This document shows, in pieces, positions 41,451 to 51,402 of a stretch of DNA of 63,882 nucleotides; the stretch's first letter is position 1, and each line of letters starts with the position of its first letter. This DNA comes from an uncultured Spirochaetales bacterium (GTDB taxonomy: Bacteria > Myxococcota_A > UBA9160 > UBA6930): contig CAYWRY010000003.1 in assembly GCA_964460485.1 (NCBI GenBank), forward strand, positions 1-63,882, read 5' to 3'. A program made the translations under genes and the position numbers. The notes under the pieces were generated by a model. The model had not been told where the DNA came from, ran no database searches, and worked only from the letters and a program-made list of their open reading frames with translations.

Positions 41451-42548
41451 ATGGCAAACCTCCACCAGCTCCTCAAGGCGATGATCGAGAAGGGCGGCAG
41501 CGACCTGCACGTCACGACCTCGAGCCCGCCGCAGCTGCGCATCGACGGCAAGCTGCAGCCGCTCAAGATGCCGCCGCTCTCGCCGCCCGAGACGAAGCAG
41601 CTCTGTTACTCGGTGCTCACGGACGCGCAGAAGCACAAGTTCGAGGAGACCAACGAGCTCGACCTCTCGTTCGGCGTGCGCGGTCTCTCGCGCTTCCGCG
41701 CGAACATCTTCATGCAGCGCGGCGCCGTCGCCGGCGCGTTCCGCGCGATTCCGTACAAGATCAAGACCTTCGACGAGCTCGGACTGCCGAAGGTCGTCAG
41801 CGAGCTCTCCAAGAAGCCGCGCGGGCTGATTCTGGTCACCGGGCCCACCGGCTCCGGCAAGTCGACCACGCTCGCGACGATCATCGACAAGATCAACACG
41901 GAGCGACAGGAGCACATCGTCACGATCGAGGATCCGATCGAGTACCTGCATCCGCACAAGTCGTGCGTCGTGAACCAGCGCGAGGTCGGCGCCGACACGT
42001 CGAGCTTCAAGAACGCGCTGAAGTACATCCTGCGCCAAGACCCGGACGTCGTGCTGCTCGGCGAGATGCGCGACCTCGAGACGATCGAAGCCGCGCTCAC
42101 GGTGGCGGAGACCGGCCACCTCGCCTTCGCCACGCTGCACACGAACTCGTGCGTGCAGACCATCAACCGCGTGGTCGACGTGTTCCCCGCCTACCAGCAG
42201 CCGCAGGTGCGCGCGCAGCTCTCCTTCGTGCTCGAAGGCGTGCTCTCCCAGACGCTGCTGCCCCGGGCCAATGGTCCCGGCCGCGCGCTCGCGCTCGAGG
42301 TGATGGTGCCGAACGCCGCGATCCGCAACCTGATCCGCGAAGACAAGATCCACCAGATCTACTCGCAGATGCAGATCGGTCAGGACAAGTTCGGCATGCA
42401 GACCATGAACCAGTCGCTCGCGGCGCTCTACCTGAAGCGCCTGATCTCGATGGACGACGCGATCGCGCGCAGCAGCGACCCGGACGAGCTGCGCAATCTG
42501 ATCAACCAAGGCGCGCCCGCGATGAAGCGCAGCGCAGCGGCGAGCTAG
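41451..42548 (+). CDS. pilT: Type IVa pilus retraction ATPase
   Basis: SDLHV, GPTGSGKSTT, TIEDPIEY, LRQDPD, ETGHL, AIRNLIRE signature. Confidence 0.96.
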   Translation: MANLHQLLKAMIEKGGSDLHVTTSSPPQLRIDGKLQPLKMPPLSPPETKQLCYSVLTDAQKHKFEETNELDLSFGVRGLSRFRANIFMQRGAVAGAFRAIPYKIKTFDELGLPKVVSELSKKPRGLILVTGPTGSGKSTTLATIIDKINTERQEHIVTIEDPIEYLHPHKSCVVNQREVGADTSSFKNALKYILRQDPDVVLLGEMRDLETIEAALTVAETGHLAFATLHTNSCVQTINRVVDVFPAYQQPQVRAQLSFVLEGVLSQTLLPRANGPGRALALEVMVPNAAIRNLIREDKIHQIYSQMQIGQDKFGMQTMNQSLAALYLKRLISMDDAIARSSDPDELRNLINQGAPAMKRSAAAS

Positions 42549-42558
42549 GGGGGAAGAC

Positions 42559-43770
42559 ATGGCCGTCTTCACTTGGGAGGGGCGTACCCGCCAGGGCACG
42601 ACCAAGAAGGGCGTGATGGAGGCCGCCAGCGAGGCGGCCGTGATGGCGCAGCTGCGCGCGCAGGCGATCGTGCCCGTGGCGGTCAAGGCGAAGCCCAAAG
42701 ACCTGCTCGAGGGCCTCTCGTTCCTCGAGTCGAAGCCGAGCAACAAGGACGTCGTGCTGTTCACGCGCCAGTTCGCGACGATGATCGACGCCGGCCTACC
42801 GCTCGTGCAGTGCCTCGACATCCAGGCGACGCAGCAGCCCAACAAGGGCTTTCAGAAGATCCTGAAGGCGATCAAGTCGGACGTCGAGCAGGGCTCGACC
42901 TTCGCCGACGCGCTGCGCAAGCACGAGGGCACCTTCGATCAGCTCTACACGAACCTCGTCCAGGCGGGCGAGGTGGGCGGCATCCTCGACACGATCCTGA
43001 ACCGCCTCGCGCAGTACATGGAGAAGGCCGAGCAGCTGAAGCGCAAGGTGAAGGGCGCGATGGTCTACCCGGCCACGATCGTGGTCGTGTCGATCGGCGT
43101 GATCATGCTGCTGTTGGTGAAGGTGATCCCCGTCTTCAAGAAGATGTTCGAGGAGTTCGGCGGAACGCTGCCGGCCCCGACCCAGATGGTCGTCGACCTC
43201 TCCGAGTTCATGCAGAAGTGGATCGTGGTGATCCTGGCGGTGATGATCGGCTCGGTGGTCGCCTTCTTTCAGGCGCGCAAACGCTCGATCCCGTTCCGGC
43301 TCGCCACCGACGGCTTCTTCCTGAAGACGCCCGTGTTCGGCCCCCTGCTGCGCAAGGTCGCGGTGTCGCGCTTCACGCGCACGCTCAGCACGATGATCTC
43401 CTCGGGCGTGCCGATCCTCGATGCGCTGGAGATCTGCGCGAAGACCGCCGGCAACCTGGTGATCGAGAATGCGCTCTTCAAGACGCGCGCGGCGATCTCG
43501 GAGGGCCGCACGATCGCCGAGCCGCTGGAGGCGTCCAACGTCTTCCCCGGCATGGTCGTGCAGATGATCGCGGTCGGCGAAGCGACCGGTGCGATGGACA
43601 CGATGCTCGGCAAGATCGCGGACTTCTACGACGAAGAGGTCGACGCGGCGGTCGCTGCGCTCACCGCGCTGCTCGAGCCGCTCATGATGGTGTTCCTCGG
43701 CGGCACGATCGGCGGCATCCTGATGGCGATGTATCTGCCGATCTTCAAGATCGCCGAGAACGTCAAGTAG
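42559..43770 (+). CDS. pilC: Type IV pilus platform protein (T2SS F family)
   Basis: FTRQFATMIDAGLPL, GEVGGILD, KVKGAMVYP, SGVPILDAL, GEATGAMD, LLEPLMM, MYLPIF. Confidence 0.95.
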   Translation: MAVFTWEGRTRQGTTKKGVMEAASEAAVMAQLRAQAIVPVAVKAKPKDLLEGLSFLESKPSNKDVVLFTRQFATMIDAGLPLVQCLDIQATQQPNKGFQKILKAIKSDVEQGSTFADALRKHEGTFDQLYTNLVQAGEVGGILDTILNRLAQYMEKAEQLKRKVKGAMVYPATIVVVSIGVIMLLLVKVIPVFKKMFEEFGGTLPAPTQMVVDLSEFMQKWIVVILAVMIGSVVAFFQARKRSIPFRLATDGFFLKTPVFGPLLRKVAVSRFTRTLSTMISSGVPILDALEICAKTAGNLVIENALFKTRAAISEGRTIAEPLEASNVFPGMVVQMIAVGEATGAMDTMLGKIADFYDEEVDAAVAALTALLEPLMMVFLGGTIGGILMAMYLPIFKIAENVK

Positions 43771-43772
43771 AC

Positions 43773-45473
43773 GTGCCGACGCCGGCCGGAAGCTCGCCGG
43801 CCGCGGGCGCCGATCCGAAGCAACGCCTCGCGCAGCTGATGGCTGCGCGGCTGCTGCTCATGCTCGCGGTGTTCGCGCTCGCGCTGCTCTTGATCGGCGC
43901 GGGCAAGGAGGGCGCCGAGCTCGCGGAGCGCGGCCTGTACGGCACGCTCGCCTTCGCCTTCGTCTCGACCGCGGTGTGCGCCGCGCTGCTGCCGCGCGTC
44001 CGGCGCGCCCGGCGGCTGGCGGCGGCGCAGGTGCTCGCGGATCTGGTCGCGGTGACGTCGATCCTGCTCTTCACCGACGGCGCGCGCTCGGTGTTCAGCT
44101 TCCTCTATTTGCCGCTCGTGGTGTTCGCCGCGATGCAGTTCGAGCGGCGCGGCGCCTACGCGACCGCGCTGGGGGCCTCGCTGTGCATCGCCGGTCTGGT
44201 CGCGCTGGACGCCGGCGGTGCCTTCGGTCCCGACTCGCGCGCGCTGGCCTGGGAATGGCGCTTCGGCGTGTGGGGCGCGCACTCCGGCGCTCTCCTGCTC
44301 GTGGCGATGCTGGCCAGCACGCTCGCCGGCGAGACGCGCCTCGCGCACGATCGCCTCGCCAGCAGCGCGAGCGACCTCCGCGAGCTCCGTAGCCTCCACG
44401 AGCGCACCGTCGAGTCGCTGACCAGCGGTCTGCTGACGCTCGACGCCGCGGGCGTCGTCACTTCGTGCAATCCCGAGGGCGCACGCATCCTCGCGCGCCC
44501 GACGCATCGCATCGTCGGAGCGCCGCTGGAGTCGCTCGTGCCGGGCGTGACCGAGCTGGTGGAGCGAGGCGCGCCAGGCCCGAGGCGCTCGCGGCTCGAG
44601 CTCGCGCTCGCCGGCGAGGAGCCGCGCTTTCTCGGGGTCGCGGCGTCCGTGCTGCGCGATTCGGGGGGCGCGCCCGCCGGGCACGTCGTGATCTTCCAGG
44701 ACGTGACACAGGTGGTCTCGCTCGAACGCGCGCTCGTCCAGCGCGAGCGCCTCGCGGCGGTGGGCGAGCTCGCCGCGGCCGTCGCCCACGAGGTGCGCAA
44801 TCCGCTGGCGGCGATCTCGGGCTGCATCGAGATGCTGCGCGGTCTGAACCGCGAGCGCAGCGGCGAGCTCGAGCAGGAACGCTTGATGAGCATCGTGCTG
44901 CGCGAGATCGAGCGCCTCGACGCGCTGATCGCCGACTTCCTCCAGTTCGCGCGGCCGGCGCCGCCAAAGCCCGAGCCCGTCGCGGTGGACGCGGCGCTCG
45001 CCGAGGTGGCCGAGATGTGCCGCGCAGCGTGCCCCAGCGGCGTTCGGGTGCGCGTCGTCGCGCCGGAGGGGTTGCGCGTGCTCGTCGACCCGACCCAGCT
45101 CCGGCAGGTGCTGTGGAACCTCGTGCGCAACGCGGTCCAGGCAGTGGGCGAGCGGGGCACGATCGCGCTCTCGGCGGCCCGCGCGCCCGGCGCGGCGCCT
45201 CAAGCGGACGCTGCTTCGCTCCGAAGCGGAGCGGCGGACGAGGGGGGAGCGGTGGAGATCGTGGTGGCCGACGACGGCCCGGGCATCGAGCCCGAGGTCC
45301 TCGAGCGGATCTTCGATCCGTTCTTCACGACCAAGCCCTCGGGCACCGGGCTCGGCCTCGCCACCGTGCATCGCATCGTGACCGCGCATGGCGGCAGCAT
45401 CGACGTGCAGAGCGCGAGAGGGGTCGGTGCCCGCTTCCGCGTGCGACTCGCGGAAGCGGCGGGCGCGCGATGA
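43773..45473 (+). CDS. pilS: Sensor histidine kinase, PilS-like
   Basis: Six TM helices, PAS region, [44 protein letters not shown]; follows pilC. Start chosen. Confidence 0.85.
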   Translation: MPTPAGSSPAAGADPKQRLAQLMAARLLLMLAVFALALLLIGAGKEGAELAERGLYGTLAFAFVSTAVCAALLPRVRRARRLAAAQVLADLVAVTSILLFTDGARSVFSFLYLPLVVFAAMQFERRGAYATALGASLCIAGLVALDAGGAFGPDSRALAWEWRFGVWGAHSGALLLVAMLASTLAGETRLAHDRLASSASDLRELRSLHERTVESLTSGLLTLDAAGVVTSCNPEGARILARPTHRIVGAPLESLVPGVTELVERGAPGPRRSRLELALAGEEPRFLGVAASVLRDSGGAPAGHVVIFQDVTQVVSLERALVQRERLAAVGELAAAVAHEVRNPLAAISGCIEMLRGLNRERSGELEQERLMSIVLREIERLDALIADFLQFARPAPPKPEPVAVDAALAEVAEMCRAACPSGVRVRVVAPEGLRVLVDPTQLRQVLWNLVRNAVQAVGERGTIALSAARAPGAAPQADAASLRSGAADEGGAVEIVVADDGPGIEPEVLERIFDPFFTTKPSGTGLGLATVHRIVTAHGGSIDVQSARGVGARFRVRLAEAAGAR

Positions 45474-46864
45474 ATCGGGCGCCCCGCGTGCTGGTGGTCG
45501 ACGACGAGCGCGGCATGCGCGACTTCCTAGAGATCTTCTTTCGCCGCGAGGGCATGGAGGTCACCACGGCCACGAGCCTGGCCGAAGCGCGCGCGCTGCT
45601 CGAGGCGGACGATTTCGACCTGGTGATGACCGACGTGCAGATGCCCGGCGGCAGCGGCATCGAGCTGCTGCGCTCGGTGAAGGAGGCCGCGCCCGAGACG
45701 GTGGTGATCGTGATGACCGCGTTCGCGACCACCGAGACCGCGATCGAGGCGATGAAGGAAGGCGCCTACGACTATCTGACCAAGCCGTTCAAGATCGACG
45801 AGGTCCGCCTCGTCGTGAGCAAGGCGCTCGAGAAGAAGCTGCTCAGCGTGGAGAACAAGCGGCTGCGCAGCGAGCTGCGCACGCAGGCGCGGCGGCGGCT
45901 GTTGATCGGCACCAGCCCGGCGATGCAGCGCGTCTACGACTTGATGGCGCAGGTCGCCGCTACGCGCACGAGCGTGCTGGTGTGCGGCGAGAGCGGCACC
46001 GGCAAGGAGCTCGTGGCGCGCGGCATCCACGAGCTGTCCGACCGGCGCGACAAGCCCTTCGTCGCCGTCAACTGCGGTGCGATTCCGGAGAACTTGCTCG
46101 AGTCCGAGCTGTTCGGGCACACGAAGGGCGCGTTCACCGGGGCGGTGAGCAACAAGCCGGGCCTGTTCGAGGTCGCGCACGGGGGCACGCTGTTCCTCGA
46201 CGAGGTGGGCGAGCTGCCGCCGACGCTCCAGGTGAAGCTGCTGCGCGCGCTGCAGGAGAAGCAGGTTCGGCGCGTCGGCGGGAACGCAGACACCGCCGTC
46301 GACGTCCGCATCGTCGCCGCGACCAACCGCGATCTCCATGCCGACGCGCAGGTCGGCCGCTTCCGCGAGGATCTCTACTACCGCCTGAACGTCATCCAGC
46401 TCACGCTCCCGCCGCTGCGCGAGCGCATGGAGGACGTCCCGCTGCTGGCGCAGCACTTCCTCGACAAGTTCGCGCGCGAGCAGGGCCGGCCGGCCTGCCG
46501 GCTCTCGGACGGCGCGCTCGCCCGCATCCTCGCCTACGACTTCCCGGGCAACGTGCGCGAGCTCGAGAACACCATCGAGCGCGCCGTCGCGCTGTGCCGC
46601 GGCGACCTGATCGAGCCCGAGCTCCTCCCGGCGGCATTGCTCGCGCCGCGGCTTCCCACGGCGCTCGCGCCGCAGCTGCCGTCAAACGGTGCCAGCCTCG
46701 ACGACCTGATGAACGCCTTCGAGCGCGATCTCCTGCTGGCTGCGCTCGCCAAGAGCGGCGGCGTGAAGAAGCGCGCCGCGCAGCTGCTTGGCATCACCTT
46801 CCGCTCCTTTCGGTATCGGCTCGAGAAGCTCGGCCTCGACGGCGGCTCCGACGACGGGGAGTGA
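45470..46864 (+). CDS. pilR: sigma54-dependent response regulator, PilR-like
   Basis: [63 protein letters not shown]. Confidence 0.87.
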   Translation: MNRAPRVLVVDDERGMRDFLEIFFRREGMEVTTATSLAEARALLEADDFDLVMTDVQMPGGSGIELLRSVKEAAPETVVIVMTAFATTETAIEAMKEGAYDYLTKPFKIDEVRLVVSKALEKKLLSVENKRLRSELRTQARRRLLIGTSPAMQRVYDLMAQVAATRTSVLVCGESGTGKELVARGIHELSDRRDKPFVAVNCGAIPENLLESELFGHTKGAFTGAVSNKPGLFEVAHGGTLFLDEVGELPPTLQVKLLRALQEKQVRRVGGNADTAVDVRIVAATNRDLHADAQVGRFREDLYYRLNVIQLTLPPLRERMEDVPLLAQHFLDKFAREQGRPACRLSDGALARILAYDFPGNVRELENTIERAVALCRGDLIEPELLPAALLAPRLPTALAPQLPSNGASLDDLMNAFERDLLLAALAKSGGVKKRAAQLLGITFRSFRYRLEKLGLDGGSDDGE

Positions 46865-48405
46865 GGGCGGTGCGCGAGCCTCTCGCCGCTCGCGGTCCGC
46901 TCGCTCGCCGATTCCGGACGAGCGTGCGCGTCGAGGTGATGGCGAGCCTCGGCGTGGTGATGGCGCTGGCGCTGCTGGTGCTCGTGGCGGCGGCCTATCG
47001 GAACCACGAGAACACGCTGCGCCAGACGCTCGGGCCCGCATTGCTCGCCGAGGCGCGCGACGCCGCCCGCTTCGCCGCGCGCTTCGACTCCGACACGCAA
47101 TGGTGGCGCGTGGACGCGGCCGGCGTGGCCGCGCCGGTCGGGATCGCGCGCAGCGCGGCCGACGAACGCCTGCTCGCCATCGCCCGGGAGGCGAAGGCAC
47201 GCGGCGCCGCGCTGCTCGACTTCGGCGCGCTGTGGAGCCCGATCGTGTTCGCGAGCCCGCCCGGAAGCTCGGGCGAGGTGATGGTGGGCCGCCTCTCGGA
47301 GGCGCAGTCGCGGCGCCTGCGCGCGCGCCCCGCCGCGGTCTTCGCGGGCCTCGCGATCGCAGACGCGCTCGTGTTCGGCGCGTTCGGCATCGTGCTGCTG
47401 CAGCGCCGCGTGGTCGCCCCGCTCGAGGCGCTCGCGCAGGTGGTGCGCGAGATCGGCGAGTCGGGCGAGCCGGTGCACGCGAGCGTGTCGGGACCGCCGG
47501 AGGCGCGCGCCATCGCAGAGGCTCTCTCCGAGATGAGCGTCGCGCTCGCACGGCGCGCGAAGGAGCTGGAAGCGGCGGTGGTCGAGTTGCGCGAGGCGAA
47601 CGCGCGGCTCCAGCAGACCCATGCGGGCCTCGCGCGGGCCGAGCGGCTCGCCTCCGTGGGGCGCCTCGCGGCCGGCGTCGCCCACGAAGTGGGGAATCCG
47701 CTCGGCGCCATCCTCGCGCTCGCGGAGCTGGTTGCGCGCGACCCGGGCGTCTCCGAGAGCTCGCGCGCGCAGCTCGAGCGCTTGCTGCGCGAGGGCGAAC
47801 GCGTGCGGCGGATCCTGCGCCAACTGCTGGACCTCGCGCGGCCGGTGCGAATGGAGCGCCGCCCGTTCGACCTCGCGCAGGCGGCGCGCGACGCCGTCGT
47901 GCTGATCGCGGCGCAGCGCCGCTACCGGGAGATCGCCTTCGAGGTGCACGCTGCCGAAGGCCTGCCGCACGCGCTCGGCGACGAGAACGCCGCTCAGCAA
48001 GTGCTCGGCAACCTGCTGCTCAACGCGGCGGAGGCGGTGTGCGGCCGGCAGGCGCCGCGGGTTCGCATCGAGCTCACCATGGGCGCGCTCCGGCGCCGCG
48101 CGGGCGACACGCCGGGGGCCGCGCGCGAACGCGCCACCTTCGACGCTCTCGCGTGTCGCGTGCTCGACAACGGCTGCGGCATCGCGGACGAGGATCGCGA
48201 ACGCGTCTTCGATCCGTTCTTCTCCACGCGCGCGCAAGGCGAGGGGACGGGACTCGGACTGCCGAATGCGTTGCGCATGGTGGAAGAGCAGGGCGGCGCG
48301 CTCGAGCTGGAGGAGGCTCCGCCGGGGTTTCGCACCGCCTTTGCGTTCCGGCTGCCGGCGGCGCCCGCTGCGGCCGCGGCGCACGAGGGCGTGCGCTCGG
48401 CGTGA
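46861..48405 (+). CDS. Second membrane sensor histidine kinase (PilS2-like)
   Basis: Two TM helices, HAMP, coiled coil, GVAHEVGNPL, QQVLGNLLLNA, DNGCG, FDPFFSTRAQGEGTGLGL; GTGA overlap with the pilR stop. Confidence 0.85.
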   Translation: MRAVREPLAARGPLARRFRTSVRVEVMASLGVVMALALLVLVAAAYRNHENTLRQTLGPALLAEARDAARFAARFDSDTQWWRVDAAGVAAPVGIARSAADERLLAIAREAKARGAALLDFGALWSPIVFASPPGSSGEVMVGRLSEAQSRRLRARPAAVFAGLAIADALVFGAFGIVLLQRRVVAPLEALAQVVREIGESGEPVHASVSGPPEARAIAEALSEMSVALARRAKELEAAVVELREANARLQQTHAGLARAERLASVGRLAAGVAHEVGNPLGAILALAELVARDPGVSESSRAQLERLLREGERVRRILRQLLDLARPVRMERRPFDLAQAARDAVVLIAAQRRYREIAFEVHAAEGLPHALGDENAAQQVLGNLLLNAAEAVCGRQAPRVRIELTMGALRRRAGDTPGAARERATFDALACRVLDNGCGIADEDRERVFDPFFSTRAQGEGTGLGLPNALRMVEEQGGALELEEAPPGFRTAFAFRLPAAPAAAAAHEGVRSA

Positions 48406-48408
48406 GAG

Positions 48409-48438
48409 CGCTGCGCAAGCGCGTGCGCAGCGCGCAAT
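48409..48438. promoter_or_regulatory. Palindromic candidate enhancer (UAS), copy 1
   Basis: CGCTGCGCA-agcgcg-TGCGCAGCG followed by CGCAAT; about 90 bp upstream of a sigma54 site. Confidence 0.45.
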
Positions 48439-48475
48439 CGGTTGCGGAGCGAGAGCGCGCCGCGTGCCGCGAGGC

Positions 48476-48503
48476 TCAAGCGCACGCACTTCCCGCCCGA
48501 TAC
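48476..48503 (+). promoter_or_regulatory. sigma28-type promoter upstream of the minor pilin operon
   Basis: TCAAG-N15-CCCGATAC. Confidence 0.7.
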
Positions 48504-48509
48504 GGCCGG

Positions 48510-48525
48510 GGGCACGTGCCTTGCT
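48510..48525 (+). promoter_or_regulatory. sigma54 promoter upstream of the minor pilin operon
   Basis: GGGCACG-TGCC-TTGCT; exact GG-N10-GC spacing with a TTGC -12 box. Confidence 0.75.
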
Positions 48526-48550
48526 AGGGCAGGCTCACGAGGGAGTGCGC

Positions 48551-49228
48551 GTGCGCAGCCGAACGCACACAGGCTTCACGATCGTCGAGATGATGCTCGT
48601 GGTCGCGGTCGCGGCCGTGATGGTTGCGCTCGCCTACCCGAGCTGGCGGCGCGTGAACGACAACATCCGGCTGCGCGCCGCTGCGCGCGCGGCACAGGAC
48701 AGCTTCACTTACGCGCGCGAGCAGGCGGTGCGCACCGGCCGCCGGCATCTCGTGCTCTCGCAGACCGGCCTCGGCCTCGACGCCTGCGGCGCGGCGATCC
48801 CGAGTCCGCTGCTCGTGCTCGACGACACCGACCAGGACTGCTGCGTCGATGCGGGCGAGCCGACCTGGTCGCCGGAGGAGCTCGCGGACGCCGGCGTCCA
48901 GCAGACTGCGTTCTGGGGCGTGACGAACGCCGCGGCTCAGGTTCCCGAGGACGGCGGGACCGGCGCGATGACGACCGGCTCGACCTTCACGCGGCTCGGC
49001 GGAGGCGCCTCCGTCGGCGTCGCCTTCCGCGGCGACGGCGTCCCCGTGGCCTTCTCGGCTGCGTGCAACCTCGGCAACGTCGGCAGCGGGGCCGGCGCTT
49101 ACTACTTCACGAACGGCCGGCCCGGACTGTCCGCCGCGGAGCGCCGCGACCTCGCGGTCGTGCTGAGCGCCGTGGGCACCGCGAAGGCGTTCTCCTGGGA
49201 AGTCTCGGTCGGGAGGTGGACGCAATGA
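48551..49228 (+). CDS. fimU: Minor pilin, FimU/FimT-like
   Basis: Class III leader MRSRTHTG|FTIVEMMLVVAVAAVMVALAYP; A...A..EAVRTG pattern; GAGGGAG RBS. Confidence 0.75.
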   Translation: MRSRTHTGFTIVEMMLVVAVAAVMVALAYPSWRRVNDNIRLRAAARAAQDSFTYAREQAVRTGRRHLVLSQTGLGLDACGAAIPSPLLVLDDTDQDCCVDAGEPTWSPEELADAGVQQTAFWGVTNAAAQVPEDGGTGAMTTGSTFTRLGGGASVGVAFRGDGVPVAFSAACNLGNVGSGAGAYYFTNGRPGLSAAERRDLAVVLSAVGTAKAFSWEVSVGRWTQ

Positions 49229-49680
49229 CCCCCGCGCGCGCACGGCGCTCGCGAGCCGGCCTCAGCCTGATCGAGGTGATGATCGCCCTCACGATCCTCG
49301 CGATCGGGCTGGTCGGCACGCTCTCGATGCAGGTGCGGGCGCTCAGCTCGACCGCCACCGGCCGTCACGTCACCGACGCGAAGCGCATCGGCGAAGATCA
49401 GATGGAGGCGCTCAAGTATCAGGGCTGGGCGGCCACGCCGGTCACGGCGTGGACCGTGCCGGTCGTCGTCACGGGCCCCGAGTCGATCGCCGTCCGCGCC
49501 GGCGAGACGCCGCAGACCTACAACGTGAGCTGGCGCATCCAGGCCGTCGGTGGCCTCACCCAAGTGCGGCAGATCGACGTGCGCGTCACCTGGCGCGAGC
49601 CCGGCGACACGCCCGCGATGCCGGTTCGCCGCTACGCGATCTCCAGTTACAAGTTCAACGGCGCGGGGACGCCGCCGTGA
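49225..49680 (+). CDS. pilV: Minor pilin, PilV-like
   Basis: RRSRAG|LSLIEVMIALTILAIGLVG; ATGA overlap. Confidence 0.75.
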   Translation: MTPARARRSRAGLSLIEVMIALTILAIGLVGTLSMQVRALSSTATGRHVTDAKRIGEDQMEALKYQGWAATPVTAWTVPVVVTGPESIAVRAGETPQTYNVSWRIQAVGGLTQVRQIDVRVTWREPGDTPAMPVRRYAISSYKFNGAGTPP

Positions 49681-50834
49681 CCCGCGCAACCTCGCGACGC
49701 GCGGGCTTCACGATGATCGAGATGATGATCTCGATTGCGGTGCTGGCGATCATCACCGTCTACATGACCGGCCTGCTCGTGCAGCAGTCGCGCGGCTACG
49801 AGGTGGTCGAGGACGTCTCCGGCGCGCAGCAGATCGAGCGCGCCGTCGGCGACCTGCTCGAGCGCGACGTGCTCGCCACGGGCATGCTCGTGCGCGCCAG
49901 CGGCGTGGTGAGCGGCGTCGACAACGCGGGGCCCGAGGCCACCGACGTGCTCTGCGTGACCGACCCCGACGCGGTGCTCGACCCGACCACCGCGGGCGAG
50001 GGTCTGTTCGGCGTTCGCATCACGAGCGGCTACGCGGGCACGGGCAGCGACACGCTGAACCTCGCGGTGCCGACGCTCGAGCAGCGCGACGACCCCTTCG
50101 CGACCCCGATCGCCACGTACGACAACAGCGGCCCCGCCGACGGCGCGCCAGATTCCGACTTCCTGTTCGCGCCCGGCACGCCTCAGCGCGGCGGCGTGAT
50201 CGTGGCCGACGCGGCGAACACCGCGAGCGGCAGCCAGTGCGGCCTGATCACGAACGTGACGAACGGGCCGACGCGCGTGACCGTGGACTGGCGCATCACC
50301 GTCGACGGCAACCCGCTGGTCGCCGCGCCCGCGAGCCTGCCCAACCCGCCGGGCAGCAACATGATCGCGATTCCGGCGCACATCTACTACGTGCGCCCGG
50401 CGCGCGCCGCGGCGCCGCCGCAGCCGGCGCAGGCGCCGCAGCTGCTGCGCGACGGCATGCTGCTCGCGGACGACGTGGAGGACCTCCAGGTCGCCTACTT
50501 CCACGACGCCGATCGCGACGGCGCATGCGATGCGAACGAGTGGAGCGGTGGCGACTGCCCGAACCCGGGCGTCCAGGGCTTCGCGGGCTACGTGGCGCGC
50601 AACGCCGACAACTGCTTCCTGCGCGCAGTGCGCTTCAACTTCGTGGTGCGCACGTCGAATCAGGACGTCGGGGCCGCCACCAACGCCGCGTTCGCGAACA
50701 GCGCGTTCATCCAGACCGAGAACGCGCCAGCGCGCGCGGGTCTCGACGGTTTCCGCCGCCGCGTGTTCTCGCGCACGGTGCTGCCGCGGAACTCGCCGGT
50801 CAACGCGGGCTCGAGCCCGAGAGGATGCAGCTGA
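49677..50834 (+). CDS. pilW: Minor pilin, PilW-like
   Basis: SRRAG|FTMIEMMISIAVLAII; LADDVEDLQVAY..D.D.DG, RAVRFNFVVRT, FRRRVFSRTV..RN. Confidence 0.75.
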   Translation: MTRATSRRAGFTMIEMMISIAVLAIITVYMTGLLVQQSRGYEVVEDVSGAQQIERAVGDLLERDVLATGMLVRASGVVSGVDNAGPEATDVLCVTDPDAVLDPTTAGEGLFGVRITSGYAGTGSDTLNLAVPTLEQRDDPFATPIATYDNSGPADGAPDSDFLFAPGTPQRGGVIVADAANTASGSQCGLITNVTNGPTRVTVDWRITVDGNPLVAAPASLPNPPGSNMIAIPAHIYYVRPARAAAPPQPAQAPQLLRDGMLLADDVEDLQVAYFHDADRDGACDANEWSGGDCPNPGVQGFAGYVARNADNCFLRAVRFNFVVRTSNQDVGAATNAAFANSAFIQTENAPARAGLDGFRRRVFSRTVLPRNSPVNAGSSPRGCS

Positions 50835-51370
50835 TGGCGCAACTCGACCGCAGCGATCACCGGAGCGAACGCGGCGCGGCGATGTTCGTCGCCGTGCTGC
50901 TGTTGATCCTGATGGGCGCGCTCGGCCTCGTGGCGCTCGACACGGCCAGCGAGGATCGCCGCATCGCCGGCTTCCAGAATCGCTCGACCAGTGCGTTCGC
51001 GGCGGCGGAGGCGGGCGTCGCGCATGCCGCGGAGCTCGCCAAGCAAAATCAGACCACGGTCCCGCTGCAGAACCTGAGCGACGCGACGGTGTACGACCGC
51101 GAGGGCGCGCTGCCGAGCTACCGCGCGGATCCGAATCCGCTGCCGGTGGGCACGAACCCGACCGGCATCACGAGCGCCGGCTTCGGCGCGGCGGAGGGCG
51201 TCGCGCCCGAGGCGGGCGGCGGCTGGAAGACGGGCAAGTGGCGCATCAACGTCGAGGGCCGCAGCCCGAATCCCGCCGGCGGCAGCATGGACGGCCGCAT
51301 GTCGACTGCGCGCATCGAGATGATGTGGGGCGAGCCGACGAACGCCGGCAGCGACTACGAGGGGCAATAG
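50834..51370 (+). CDS. pilX: Minor pilin, PilX-like
   Basis: RSERG|AAMFVAVLLLILMGALGLVAL (no Glu5, typical of PilX), AFAAAEAGV. Confidence 0.75.
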   Translation: MAQLDRSDHRSERGAAMFVAVLLLILMGALGLVALDTASEDRRIAGFQNRSTSAFAAAEAGVAHAAELAKQNQTTVPLQNLSDATVYDREGALPSYRADPNPLPVGTNPTGITSAGFGAAEGVAPEAGGGWKTGKWRINVEGRSPNPAGGSMDGRMSTARIEMMWGEPTNAGSDYEGQ

Positions 51371-51402
51371 CGGCCCGCTCGGCCGCTTCGAGGGGAGGGG
51401 CG

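Noticed and set aside
41429-41454. TCAGG-N13-CCCGATGG before pilT
   Set aside because: Spacer too short, and the -10 overlaps the start codon; AGGAG is simply the RBS.
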